The notes beneath the pieces were generated by a model. It saw nothing but the letters and a program-made list of their open reading frames with translations. It was not told the DNA's origin and made no database searches. A program made the position numbers and the translations under genes. From Sphagnum compactum (lineage: Eukaryota), in the NCBI GenBank assembly GCA_965153455.1, contig OZ234493.1:22682213-22746212 (forward strand): DNA of 64,000 bases, given 5' to 3'. Shown here piece after piece: positions 1 to 12,914 of the stretch (position 1 is its first letter; every line of letters starts with the position of its first letter).

Positions 1-92
1 AAAGAAACAAAACCAAAGCCTTTTTTTTGCTTGTGGCATTTGTGTTGGTAATAGTGATCATGTCACTGATTATCTACCCTGATTTTGAATAG

Positions 93-2704
93 GTGATCTA
101 AAGTTTGTGCCACTTTTCCAAGTGGTTGGGATGCTCGATGGGACTTCAAGGGTGGAGTTGCTTAACATGGGTGGTCTGGGGAATCACTGGGAAGTTTGGC
201 TACCTGGAGCTGTGGTTTGGTCCCCTACCACAGCCAATGAATTTCACTTGGAAAGATTTGAGTGTGGTCATGAACTCCACAGACCTGCAGTAAGTGCTTC
301 AATGCAGACTGTCTTCTTCTTTGCTTATATATCTCCACACCTCTCTTCTCTAACTGGCAAAGAGAACATAACATAATCACTGGAGGAAAAATCTAAAATA
401 CTCATTCCCTGGGAGTTGAGGCACTTCTTATCAATGGGGTGAATTAACTCAGAGCAAAGGTGACAACAGTTTTTGTAGGAGTGTATTCACTTTTATGTTG
501 GGTTGATGCTTCAGCTATGTGACAGCTCATTTAGCTGCAGTTTTGGTATTTCTCTTGTTGGCATTTGAGCCAGATTGACCTGTAACTGTCAATTTTTGTC
601 AATCAGGCAGCAGAAAACAAGAATGATGTCACCAGGAGGCTCCAGGGTGATGATAGTGAAAGAGAGGTGGATGGAGTGAATGGAGCGGTGATCTGGCCTG
701 GTAGGAACATTATGGGTATGATGATTGTTGATGAACAGCAAAACCACATGATGCGCTTACTGCAGATGCAGCAAAGGCTGACAGTTCATAACTTGGCTTT
801 ACGATCTGAACCTGCCATAAATTCAAGGTCGTTGCCTGGTCATAGCATGTCTGAATATGGCCAAGTAAGGGTTTTCTCCTTGCAAAATGATTTCAGATGT
901 TTCAAGCATTTTATGAACACCAACATGAGAGAAAATGTGGGTTGTTTGGGGGATTTGTTGAAGTGTGTGGGAGTTTTCACCCACTAGTAAAGGGATTCAC
1001 AGCAATCAGCAGAGTGGAAATGTAAATTTGCAGGAGGCTCATTGGCATCTGATGATATATTTTACTACTTTGCTTTTTTGGCAAAGTGAGTTCATTTAGG
1101 TTGCTATATGTTTGATGTGAGCTTTCAAGGTGACCCATGTAGTGTTGCCTTCTGAGCAATTTGGTGTGTTAATGGGCAACCCAATTTTGGCATGCTGCAG
1201 CTGCCAACAAGAAGACAAAGGACCTTGCAGTATCTATTGGGACTTGATCATTTCAGAACCCACCCATCTGCAGATGCTGGTATTCTCCACTTCGTATCTT
1301 AATCACAGCAGGTCACCTGAGTTTGCTATTGCTCTCATTTGAGATTAGGAGCCTGTCTGTGCTAGTTATACAGAAGAGAGTTCAGCTCCAGCTGGAGAGC
1401 TCATATGTTTTAGATGGGTCTCTGGAGAATTCATTGCTCTGTTAGCATATGAAGAGAGTATGGTGAAGATAGTTGTTAAATGAGCTGCATCATTTGGCTG
1501 CAATTGACAACTTGAATGGTGGTTGGTTTAGGAGGCACTAGTGATTGCAGCCAGCAGGAATGCAGATCTGCTTATGCCAAACTTTCTGGCATTGATGCAC
1601 AACCTGGGCAGGAGCTCAGAGGCTTGTGGAGTGCACTTTATGGTCCACATGGCCTTGAAATTGTTACTGTTTCCTACACCAAAGACAACATAGTTGCGAC
1701 CAAGATATTAGGTAGTGTTTCTCTATTCTTCTGTGTTATTTGGTCCATTTGCTCTTTGATCTAACCTGATCAATTGGACCATGATCTCCTTTTCCTCTGT
1801 TATCTCTCTCTGCCTCTGTTTATAAAGCTGTAAATAGTCAGACAAATTCAGGCTGTCAACTCATTTTCAACAGACCCTTCATTGAACCCCACAAGGCTGT
1901 TGTGCCATGTGTATAAGATTTGCATGGAATGGACAAGTGCAGCAGTTGGGTTGAGCTCTATATTTCATGTTCTTTAGTGAAAGCATCAAGGCCTAGTGGT
2001 TGGGACTCATGATTGCCTTGCAAATGGCTGTGGGTTCAATTCACCACTGGGCACTGCTAGATGTTGGCCTTGCTAGATGTTACCTACTCTGTGGGCTCTA
2101 GCAGGCATCACTGGACCAACTAGTCAAGGGCCCCGTGCATATCAACAGTTTGTGCTAAATTTCTGTATCTAAATGCAGGTGATCCAAATGTCCCTGCTGG
2201 AGAAGTGACATTCCGTGCAATGCTCTCAACAGAAACCTCTGAAGTTCCTCTGGCCTTGCAAGATGTGCTAGCCTCATTAACCACGGGAACTCATGACATG
2301 AACCAGCTGGATAAAGTGTAAGAGTATTTTTACACCATTCTCTACTTCTTGGTTTTTAGATAATGCAAGGAGCTAGCTCTTTAGTAACACCCTTGGTGTA
2401 GTGATGGATTGCTCCCCTGTTGTTCATCGATTGATGACTGTCTTTAATCTCTGATAGTTAGCTAATCCCATGTTAACATTTTTGCAGGTACCAGGGGTTT
2501 GGACACATTGCAAATTACAACTTTTGTAATCCTCGCTGGGTGCCAGGTCATCTCCTGGTAGACTGCACAGGCCGCATGTCATTTCTGTGGGAAGATAGTA
2601 TAGTCATTCACTTCCAGCGTCTTGATTTGCCATCTCTTTATACTGCTCAGAGAAGAGCTTATGCACCCTTTCAAGCCAAGGAAGAACACCAAGTTGTTTC
2701 CTAG
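93..2704 (+). CDS. 3' part of a multi-exon gene encoding a DUF3506/Cyclin_D1_bind-domain protein (FBXO31/At5g39450/EXECUTER-type C-terminal domain); 5' end lies before the window
   Basis: Phase-compatible GT-AG exons 93-289, 607-864, (1532 or 1555/1558)-1711, 2179-2317, 2488-2704 (TAG 2702-2704). Spliced product contains GLWSALYGPHGLEIVTV..IVATKILG|DPNVPAGEVTFRA..V|YQGFGHIANYNFCNPRWVPGHL, matching the GxYGxHGxE / KxxGDxNVPAGxVxFxA / GxGxIAxxxFxNPxWVxGxL motifs of this domain. The acceptor of the third exon is ambiguous. Confidence 0.8.
1983..2150 (+). mobile_element. tRNA-Gly(GCC)-derived SINE-like element or pseudo-tRNA in an intron
   Basis: 1983-2053 (71 nt): GCATCAAGGCCTAGTGGT...TTGCC...GGGTTCAATTCACCACTGGGCA. 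Has an A-box and B-box and is colinear with plant tRNA-Gly(GCC), but the anticodon stem is disrupted. 3' boundary approximate. Confidence 0.55.
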
Positions 2705-4981
2705 TAATAGAGCCCTGCACATACATCTTCACATGTGGCTGCTATGCTACATGTTTACGCTTACAAGTAGAACTATGGTTTTTACACACCTGGTTGTTCT
2801 ATAACTGTGAAGCTTTTTTCATTTGTTGACACAATGGTTGGAAACAAGGTGTTCACTGACCTGGAAGCCAGCCTGTGAATATCAAGAATCTTCAATCAAA
2901 TTCTTTCCCAAGTATCAAGTGTTGAATGGACACTGCATGTAAATTTGTGCCCAATCACTGCTCCAGGAAGATGGTCCACCGGCAGTAGGTGTTCTCTCTT
3001 TGCTGACAAGTACTGGGGTCTGTATTTGAACTGAGGGACATGGTTGCAGTCCTGAAAGGTGGAGGTTGGCAGGGCAAGTACCACATCATGCAGCACCATT
3101 GAAAGGATGTCAACAAAATTTGTGCGAGGAATATTACCGGTTACATGGCAAGCGTTTCTATACCAACTTCTGCTAATTACCCCACTATAGTTTTGCAAGA
3201 AAGCAGGACCAGCTTCTATTTTGTAGCAGCTGCTGTTATGGTTTTCTCTTATCCAGAAATAAAAATTAATCTCTAAAGTCTTGAATAATTTGGAGCTTAT
3301 GTCAAGGTCTGCCACAAGTGCTGGGGGGGCACCAGTAGAAGGGTATCCAGATTGTGCTGGCCAGATCCAAGGAATGGAGTCAAGGTCATGACTCTGAAAT
3401 TCTAGGCAATGAGAAGAGTATCACCAGAAGTTCTTTACCTTCAGGCTTGAGTTTGATCAGCTTGACCCATGCTGAACCCTAAACTATAGCCTTAGAAGCT
3501 CACCATCAAATGGAAGCACTATTTCTATCTAGTTCCAAATGGACTGAAATATGGGCACAAAAGAGATCTCAAGGCTTTGCAAAGATCTTCAGGCACATGA
3601 AGTCCAGATACAAAGACATCCAGGAAAGAGAACTACAACCAAAGGAAGGAGAAAAGCAGTCATGAAAGTGTGGGATGAATTCAGTACATGGTAATAAACT
3701 TCCTTCTGTGCACAATTAATGGCACATGCAAATCAATATCAGCAAGCGTATGTTGTTGCAAATCAAAAAACATGAGTACTGAAGACATTTTTTTGTATTA
3801 GTGTTTAAAGATTCAGAAACTACCTGCATGATAATCAGGTCATCGAGGTATGTTACTGGATTTTGAAAATTCAATACCAAGCAGTTATCAATTTAACCAG
3901 TTGTAAATCTCAAGCATCAGCTGGCAGGTTGTTAATAACCAGGGTAACAAACAAGTTGATAGCCAGATCAAAATTCAATACCAGGCTAACACGGGTTTTG
4001 ACTCGCTGAGAGAAAGCCTTCAAACCAAAAGACCCACTCAAACAGATAGTTTCCAACATGGAAAATCCAAAGTTTCTAAGTCTAGAGAATGCAAGGATGA
4101 ATGTAGGCCAGGGAATGAAGTTAGTTTTCATGATTACCAGCAAAATATCAATGTGATAGCAGAGAGAAACTCCACACAAACACAGAAGGTACACTGCCCT
4201 GATTCCATTCAGACTTCCTCAGCTCCCAACCATGGGTGTAGATAAGTTCAAGCAAACAATCAAACAAAATCTGCATCCTGAGTTTCTGCTGTATTTCTGG
4301 AAGCAAGCAACTTGAAGATGCAGTTGTGATATTGGCTAGCAGTCAATAGCTAAGACAAAACAATCCATAGTATCCTCATTCAAGCTGTGACAAGCTTGTG
4401 CAGTCATAACCTTGGGTATGATCAGCAGAAGAAGTTGCAGAAGAGTCCAGTGTCCGGTAGATCTTTTTCTTGCTAGACCCGTCTCAAACAAGCTTGCAAG
4501 ACAATTTAGGGTATGCACTAGGCACCTTTACTAAACAGAGTCTTTACCAACGGTACATCAAATTCAAAGATTTAGGAATATCCAGCATATTCTTCTACAA
4601 ACTTCATAAGAATGCCCTGTCCATAGAGTGCAAAGTAGAGGCATAGGGAGAATTCAACAAAGTACCACAAAAAATACTCACAAGGGATTTGGAACGTAAA
4701 GAGGGATTCATATGCCAAGTTGGAGCGTCTCAAAGTATAACCTGAATTAAGAAAAGAGACTCGAAATCTAGACTGCAATCCGTAGGGGAGGGGGGAAAAG
4801 AAGGCTGCAAACATGCAAGGGCATCAAACAAAGAGCATCCTCTAAAACAGAACACAATTGAAATGACTGCCTTCTCAATTCCCATCAAAATGTTCTTGAA
4901 TTCGGATATACAGAGACAAGTTTCTCATTTCAATCCTACACATATTCCCAGTATGGACAAAAGAGTTTGAGGCAATAACAC

Positions 4982-5517
4982 TTAAACCTCAGCATTTTTG
5001 GCCTCGGGAAACTCTTCATCTTCGTCACTTTCAGCCTCGGCTCCTGCATTGAAGCCTGAGAAGTCCATACCCTCCATTCCCGGCATACCACCCAAGCCAC
5101 CTCCTAATCCTGCCATGGATCCCAGTCCATCCATTCCTCCCATGTCGAAGCTACTCATGGGCTTGGCTGCATCCTCCTCCTCATCCTCATCAACCCATTT
5201 ATCCCAGTCCGCCTTCACATAAGGAGGAGCTTTCCCCTCCACTTTAAGCAACCGCTTCCACCATCCCTTCTCCGCCTTCTGGAGCTCACAAACAGTATGA
5301 CGCAGCCCGGTTGCGACCTTACTGCCTTCCACGTTCAACTTCCCGAACAGCTCCAAGTCGGCGCTATACTCCTGATTGCTGGAACCCTCGGTGGCAGAAA
5401 ATGTGAACCTACCGTCCGGCTCCAGTTTCACTTGCGGGTTCTTCGCATCGGGCAACGACACTGTGATAAACACCTTGTCCGACCGCTGCGCCCACAGAAT
5501 CTCTGGATGACGACTCA

Positions 5518-5518
<1 letters not shown>
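4982..5518 (-). CDS. p23: HSP90 co-chaperone p23 (SBA1/PTGES3 family, CS domain), 178 aa, intronless
   Basis: MSRHPEILWAQRSDKVFITVSLPDAKN...WWKRLLK...YVKADWDKWVDEDEE followed by an M/G-rich and acidic tail. True ATG at 5518. The ORF track's longer N-terminus is a translated (GA)n microsatellite. Confidence 0.95.

Positions 5519-5564
<46 letters not shown>
5519..5564. repeat. (CT)n/(GA)n microsatellite directly upstream of the p23 ATG
   Basis: Direct reading of the sequence. Similar tracts occur near 30430, 39410, 40500 and 55630. Confidence 0.95.
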
Positions 5565-5567
<3 letters not shown>

Positions 5568-6203
5568 GACACAAATGCCGATTAAAACCCTACAAATCTG
5601 CTGAAAGAAAAGCCCACGACTTCACGAAGCTTAGCAAAAAAAGAAAAAAAAGCCACCAAAACCAACAAGCTTATGATGCAATGATGATGATGACAATGAT
5701 GATGATGCAGAGGAATGATATGCGCGAGTGCAAAGCTCCAGACCTTGTGTGCCTCTCTTGTTTGGATCAGGGAAGGAGCTTGCGGAGACTGCGAAAACAA
5801 AAACCCTGAAACAGGCACTGGCTTCTGAAGCTCCAGCGAGAGAGCAAGGCTGCTCCACCCCGGCCATGGTTAGGGTTTGGAGCGTAGAAACTCCTAGAAT
5901 TTACCTACCTACTTAAAATCAAGTTACCTACCCACCACTCCCTATACGGACCTACAGCGACGTTCCTTTTAATCAAAGCGGGGGCTTGTTCGTTGCTACC
6001 TACCTTCCTACCGGATTTCTGTAACCCAGTACCCACCAGTGCACAAGGTAAACAACAGGTAACCACAACTGAGTTTACCAAGCTTCCCACCTAACCACCT
6101 TGGTAACCATCCTGTACACCCTCTTACATATCCACCTCACATTACTTAGGTAACTTAACTACAGAGGTGAGAACAGGTAAGTTAGTGGCCATATTGAACC
6201 CAA

Positions 6204-6330
6204 AAAATGTTAGATTTGGACAAAGACGTAGATTTTATGTCCAAATTTAGACTCCTCTACATATCCCCAAAATGTTAGATTTGGACAAAGACATAGATTT
6301 TTAATCTACATCTTTGTCCAAATTTAGACC
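6204..6330. repeat. Duplicated unit containing a small inverted repeat
   Basis: AAATGTTAGATTTGGACAAAGAC(G/A)TAGATTTT..TGTCCAAATTTAGAC occurs twice. The second copy has TTTGGACAAAGA...TCTTTGTCCAAA arms. Confidence 0.7.
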
Positions 6331-8449
6331 CCGATTTAGTCTAAGCACGAGATATTTTGAATCTTTTGAAAGCAATTTTAAATGAAAATTTTGAGGTTTT
6401 TTAGTTAGTTTTGAGGAGCTGGTTCACCCAAGGTGATAAATAATGTAATGGGAATATTCCTAGTTGCTACATAGGTAGGTAAATTGTGTATGGCACTTGG
6501 TGGCTATTCAGGGAAGTGGATGCATGTGAATAGTTGAGTACATGACCCACCACATTACTTTTAGGGTTTAGGGTTTGGGAATAGAAACATGATGAGAAAT
6601 GTGTTTGTTACTCACACACACACACTATTCATCCATCTTGCATGGTGCTCGTGTGGGTGGGTGGTTCACTTTGGCCCCTATCTACCCTACCAATTCTTAG
6701 TTTTGTCTAGTTTGCTTTTGTTTGCTTTTGTTTTTTCTTCTATTATGGAGGAAGGATTAGAATAACTAATTAAATCATGTATATAACAAAAGGCAAGGAT
6801 GGGAACCCATCCACAAGAACTACAAGGCAAATAAAAGCCCAAAAACACCTGTCACGAAAGCACATAATAATCAAGAATGCTATGAAATTTAGTTGAATAT
6901 TGAATTGAAAAAATTACTCAAATCTTAATATCCCCCACACCTTAGGTCTAAAAAATTACAATATCCCGTTCATTAAATCCTAATTAATTGAGGGCTTTTT
7001 TCCCCCTAAAATTTTCAGTTTTAATTTTGTTGAATTTTCGATGAAAAGATCGTTCATTATTCAAATGTGCCCTTCATTTTCAAAGTAGGATCTAAAGGGT
7101 CAAATTGCATCCAATTGAATCAATTTGCACAACAAAAGAAATGTTTGGTCAAGGTGCATTAAAAGATGGTATCAAATGTTTTCACTCCGAGATGTTTCAA
7201 CACTACAAACTTGCAAATTTTCACCGTATGAAAGGTCTACTAACATATCGCATCACAAGCAAGGACCATCTTTCATCTAAACTTCTTGTGTGGATCTAGC
7301 TTTTCCTCCTATAAATGAAATCCTTTTGTTTAGTGCAATGCAAGCTCTTTTCAAAATTCACCTAATTTGAATCACCTTTTTATGCATTTATCTCTTGTTT
7401 TTGCCATTAGAAATGGAATTCTCTAAAGGCTAAAAAAAAAACACTTTGCAAGGAAAGCCTAAACCAAACCCATAATAAAGTCAAACAAAGAATGCAAAAG
7501 GTTTGAAATTAATTATGGTAGTTTTTGTGTTATGACAATAAGAACATAAGGTGTGCATCCACAAAGAACACTCAAGTTACATTCATAGATTTAAAGGCAT
7601 CCCTTACGATGATGCATTGTAAAGCAAGGCTTGCATTCAAATGGTTGAATCTCCAACTTGTGACATTGTAAACCAACTAGTTGCACCATGTATGCATCCC
7701 ATCACTTATGAACTAGTGGCATGTTTTTTTAACAACCAAATGGGACAATGTTTTAAAATGAGTTGCACCTTTATGTGAACACTCACAAACTCATGGAAAT
7801 TCAACCATTTAGAAGAAACTTTGCAAGTCATATACAAGTTTTAATTGAAATCTTTCAACTTTTGACACCTTTCACCAATTCAAATGCATTGCATTTTTTA
7901 GTGAGTTTGGTGGCTACATTCACAATTCGAGTACATAAAAGGAATGTTTCAATGCAAAATCACATTGAAGCTCAAGTTTGATTGATTGTTATGACTATTA
8001 TAACTTACCAAAAAAATAATTATTGGTTTTTAAATAGGAATGTGAATTATGGTTAATATGGTTTAAATAATCATGAATTTGATGATAAAAAATGTTTTTA
8101 ATGTCTTAAAACATAGCTTAAGAACTATGTCCCATTTCATAGTTGTACTAAAAGGAATTCTAAAAAAACAACAATATTTCTTTAGATCTTTTCATATTTT
8201 AATCATAAAACATGAATAGCATTTTACATTATGACATAAATTTGTATTATTATCAAAATACCAAATTTTGTGGAAATGATGTTAGAGTTTTGATTTTTTA
8301 ACATTTGGAAATGGTTCTATATATTTATAATTAGGTTAAATTACAAAGGTTGAAAAGAAAGCAAAGTACGCATACAAACCAAAAAAATCTATTTTAAAAA
8401 TAAAATTTTGACAATCAAAATATGAAACTATCATATTCAAAATGTTTTG

Positions 8450-10080
8450 GAGTCACACCATGCACATGTGAGCTTGAATCACATGGAGTGGCATATCAAC
8501 AAAAGTAGTGCCCTTATAAAACCCCCCCCATCCATGGACCTAAGAGATATCCTTCCTTTTAAAGTTAATTCTATAAGCCTTCATGGTCTTGTAGTAAAAT
8601 GATGGGATTCTTTATTTCCAATACCATAAACCCACCACATCTTGATGCCCTTGAGCCTTTTGATGGATTTTGGTGTAGGGTGATGTCATAGCAATTTCAC
8701 AATTACACACCTTGTGAACCATGGGCAAAGCTCAAAGTTGAGGGTTACATCATAGTATTCAAGCATTACCTCAACACAATGATGAAGCTCACCCACCTTC
8801 TTGCACGTATGGCATGTGATTCCAAAGTGCATTCATCACAAAATTGTGAGGTAATTGGAATAAAAGGCATTCCCCTTGAATGCCAATGCTTTGTAATTGA
8901 TATGTCTAAGGGCATATGCTAGAGATCTATTCAAGTATTTTTTTTATGATGAATAATTGAAGCAAAACTCTATGTTGGTTGCTTGAAGGTAGCTTGTACA
9001 ACCCATTAGACTTGTTTTTATTTGCTTCTATAATCACTTTAAATGGTAGACTTGTTCTAACTATCCAATTCTTGTGATCCAAAAATCACCACACATTATT
9101 TTTCAATGATAACTCTCACCAACAATAAACTTATTAATGTTAAAAACATAGAATACATCATTCACTTGAACTTAGTTTATTGATTATAGGTCACCAATGT
9201 TTTTCCCTTCCCTTGCACGATGTGCACAAACTTGTTGTAGATTGAACATTAGGTAGTTCCATAATTTTTTCAATGTTGTTGAAATTGTTTCAATCTTTAA
9301 TCACATGTCTAAATGCATTAAATTCAAGATACCAAGCAATATGTTGGACTTGTTGAAGTCCATCACCGTCATTATTACATCAAACATACATGAGTAATGT
9401 TTTCTATCATTTGATTTGGAATGTTTCTCCTCCCGTTTATCCTCATGAACAATGTTGGTTTTAAGAGGTAGTTATTTTGAGTTTTTAATCCTCTGTGGTT
9501 GAGGAACCCAATGTCCCCCATTCATCACAAATGTTACATTGCTAATTGCATTTAGGTGTTTGACATTGCATTTGATCATAAGTTCAATGATTTCAACTAA
9601 TGTCGTCACGTCTTTTCAATTGATTATACTTCCTTAAATTATTGTTGTGTTTGCTTGTGTGAAGGAAAAACACCTCATTATTTATTTTCCTGCCAAATTC
9701 AATGTTTCAGACCATTACTTTTTTGGCATTAACTTGTTCAAGACAACCTTTCAAAGATTCCAATAATTGGTCTTGAATAATCACTAACTAATCTTTTTTT
9801 TTTTTTTGTAAATAACAAGTAATGCATTCAATGTAATGTGTACAACTATATTATTTCTATGAACTTTCATGCTTAAATCAACTAAATAGTAAATTCTTTA
9901 ATGAATCTTATGAAATCAATGAGTTCCTCTTCCATGATCCCCATGGAGTGCAACTTGTTGATTGGGTACAAGGTCCTACCAAAGTTAGGTTATAATTTAT
10001 AAATAGTTCTTGAAGTGCATTCCAATTAGCATTTAGTTTGTTGTGAATGAGACAATTTTATCCTTTATTTCCATATCATG
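8450..10080 (-). mobile_element. Heavily decayed Ty1/copia LTR retrotransposon gag-protease-integrase relic
   Basis: Minus-strand fragments in copia order: AWYLEFNAFRHV (~9301-9337, cf. WYLDSGASxHM), VQGKG (~9210), NDVFYV (~9150), FCDEC (~8840), TTFVD (~8500). Many stops and frameshifts; boundaries approximate. Confidence 0.6.
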
Positions 10081-10097
10081 ATGATTATCATTGTTTT

Positions 10098-10330
10098 CAT
10101 CATAAACTTTCCATTCAATGACTTGACAATTGAAAAATCATGTGAAATTCATTTTTCATATGTTCATACTTTTTGCACATAATTGTTGTGTGTTTAAAAC
10201 TTATATATGAAACATATATACAATTTATTTTTTAATATGTGCATATGCATGTAAAATACTATAAACATATGAAAAATTAACTTCACATGATTTTCATTAC
10301 CATTTATCATTGGATGGAAAATTTGTGATG
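10098..10330. mobile_element. MITE-like fold-back element (~230 bp)
   Basis: Long imperfect arms CATCATAAACTTTCCATTCAATGA..AAAATCATGTGAAATTCATTTTTCATATGTT and AACATATGAAAAATTAACTTCACATGATTTT..TCATTGGATGGAAAATTTGTGATG. No clear TSD. Confidence 0.7.
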
Positions 10331-11571
10331 TTCTTTTGGTTTTTGAGATTTTGACCATTTAGGTTGACAGTTTTAGGTGTTTGAACTTTTTTGTTTTGAT
10401 TCATTACCTTTGATGCATCAACAACATTTGTAGCCTTTAAAATAATGGCCAACTCCCACAACATGACACATTGTGGCCTTTAGGTTTTTCAAATGGTATA
10501 GGTGGTAAAAACCACCTTTATTTTTGTTTTTGCAATAAAATGCAAATTGAAGGTGTCATCCTTAATTACCAACAAAAAAAGGGTGTGGGAACTTTGGGAT
10601 GGTACTAAAATGAATTCTTAAATTGAATTTATGGACATAGAAAATTACACAAACCAAACAAAAAAATGGATATCGCATTTTGGACCCAACATAATGCACA
10701 AATAAGTCATGGGCTAACTTGAATTCACAAGATTCATCACATCTTGGACTTGGGAGGAAGCCCCACCTTCCTTCTTATGGTATATTTTGTATTTCTCCAT
10801 GAGGGCTACATTGAAATGATCATTTTTTTTGGGATTTCTAAGTTGGACCCTCAAAACTACCAAGTTGTGAGTCCTACCACTTTGTGGGTTCATAGCATTC
10901 TCATTTTGCATCCAAATCAAAATCTTTTAAAAAACAATTCCTACATTTGAAAATAATTTTTTAATAATGCATTAAACTTTTCAATTGGAATTGATTTGAC
11001 TTTTCATAACATGGATTAGATGATTGGGATCAAGTGCAAAGTTCATTGATTGGATTGATTTTTTAACCTCCCTCTACCAACTTTGATGGGCATTGTGATT
11101 TTGTGAATGATATACCATAGCCTTGAATGAATGTTTTTGAAAATAAAACGTTGAAGTGTCGAAAAATGTGATTAAAACACATTGGAAATAATGAAAAAGT
11201 GATAAATGCACCTCCAAAATGAAAAAAATTTGAAATTTTTTAGAAGCTTGTAAAAGAAATCATGCTCCTTGTTAGTCATTTTTTTTCATTTTTTAAGTGT
11301 CACAGTATTGGTAAGTATCCCCACATAGATTTAGTCATAATTCACCTAACTAGTGATACTTTTCTCCAAGAGCATTAAAAGCCTAGCTAATAGGCGGAAG
11401 TAGGCGAGGGGATGAGAGTGTGAACATTGAAACATCAGTGCTGTTGGAAGGCAATTGGATGATCAAACTAATTTATTAAAAAATTTCATTTTCATTAACG
11501 AAAATTTTAATAATAAATTTTAAAAAAACGATTGCAATTGATTGAAAATAATTAATTATTTGTTTTCAATG

Positions 11572-12911
11572 TGTCAAACCCGACCCAAGGCTTTGGTAGT
11601 AATCATGCATAAGAGGTGAAAGGAAAAAGATAGCACAACAATGCATAGAGAAGCAATGATTAGTGGGGGGTGGATCACAAGTTTTTAGCAACATTTGTGT
11701 GATCTTAAGGTTGGGTGGAGAGCTTGTTTTAAATCATTGTTTTAATCATTTATATTATTTCATCAATTTGTTGTCAATTTCCAACATTGAATGGGCTTAT
11801 GCAAAGGTATGAAGACAAAATGTTGTGGCCAATGAAATTATTTGATTTAGTGGGGTAAATTTCTTTCTTAATTTTCATGAATGAACAAATGAACATGTAA
11901 TGGGTTTTGATAATGATGAAACCTTGACGAATTTCATTAAACAAACACCCAACAAAAGGGGAAAAGAAGAACAAAGAGAGAGGACCCAAGTTCAAACTAG
12001 AAGTGCAAAAACCCAAAAAAAGTCACAAAGGGGCAAATGAACAAATTATGTCATAAAACCCCACCAATTGGAAGAAACATATTAGAAAAGGAAAAGGAAG
12101 GCAAATTTGAAAGAATAATAAATGTAAAAAATGGCCCTCACATGCAACAATGGTATGTGGCCAAACCTATTTACAAAACTATTAATAATTTTCTTTTTAT
12201 GGAAAGCACATAAAATTTCCAAAAGAGGGCCACAATTGTCATGGGCACGAAAAATTACAAGAATAAAAAACTAAGTCAAGGACACAATAAGGAAAACAAA
12301 TCACAAGAAATGCAAGCCTAAGTCCAATCCAAGACTGGAAACATAAATGCGCAAGGCAAGAACACAATATATGTTAGAAGATAATTCAATCAAAACTTTA
12401 TTGTGATAACATATGAAGACGAAAGTTATGACAATAAAATGTACCCAAAATTGGTGTTGAATAGACTGAAGGTAATGGGAGGTCCTACCCCTATTTATAC
12501 CCCATTCGGGACTTAATTCAAGGAAATTTCCATAGAGGCTTCCATGTGTGCATTGACCAAGGAAGCTTCTTTAAAAACTTCCCTATTAATAATGAATTAA
12601 AAATCAATTAAAATTTAACTAAAAGTTAGCTCAGATTATACCCCATTGGGGATTTGGATCAAAGAAGTTTTCATAGAGGTTTTCATGTGTGCAGCGATCA
12701 AGGAAGCTTCTTGAGAAACTTTTTAACTAATAATGAATTAGGAGTTAATTGAAAATTAATAATAATGCAAGTGATGATGTAAATGATGACGCAATCGATT
12801 ATATTAGTGCAATCAATGATGTAGGCAACTATGTTGCTACAAACAATGATGTAAGTGATGATGCAGGCGATTATGTTGGTGCAATTGATGGATGATGGTG
12901 TGTTCGTGACA
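11572..12911. mobile_element. Possible LTR-derived insertion (TGTCA...TGACA) with an internal ~141-bp tandem duplication
   Basis: Termini TGTCA (11572) and TGACA (12911). Duplicated units start at ~12496 and ~12637. The right end coincides with where the adjacent CRE-like relic breaks off. No TSD found. Confidence 0.3.
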
Positions 12912-12914
12912 ATA

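Noticed and set aside
2896..3315. 139-aa minus-strand ORF
   Set aside because: Non-ATG start, no recognisable motif, and it lies in the inter-stop region.
5519..5572. ERERER N-terminal extension of p23, and resemblance of TGTCAACGAGAGAGAG to miR535
   Set aside because: Translation of a (GA)n microsatellite from a non-ATG start. The miRNA match is mostly the GA repeat and has no hairpin partner.
7100..8300. Possible transposase relic
   Set aside because: Only vague motif hints, insufficient to call a family.
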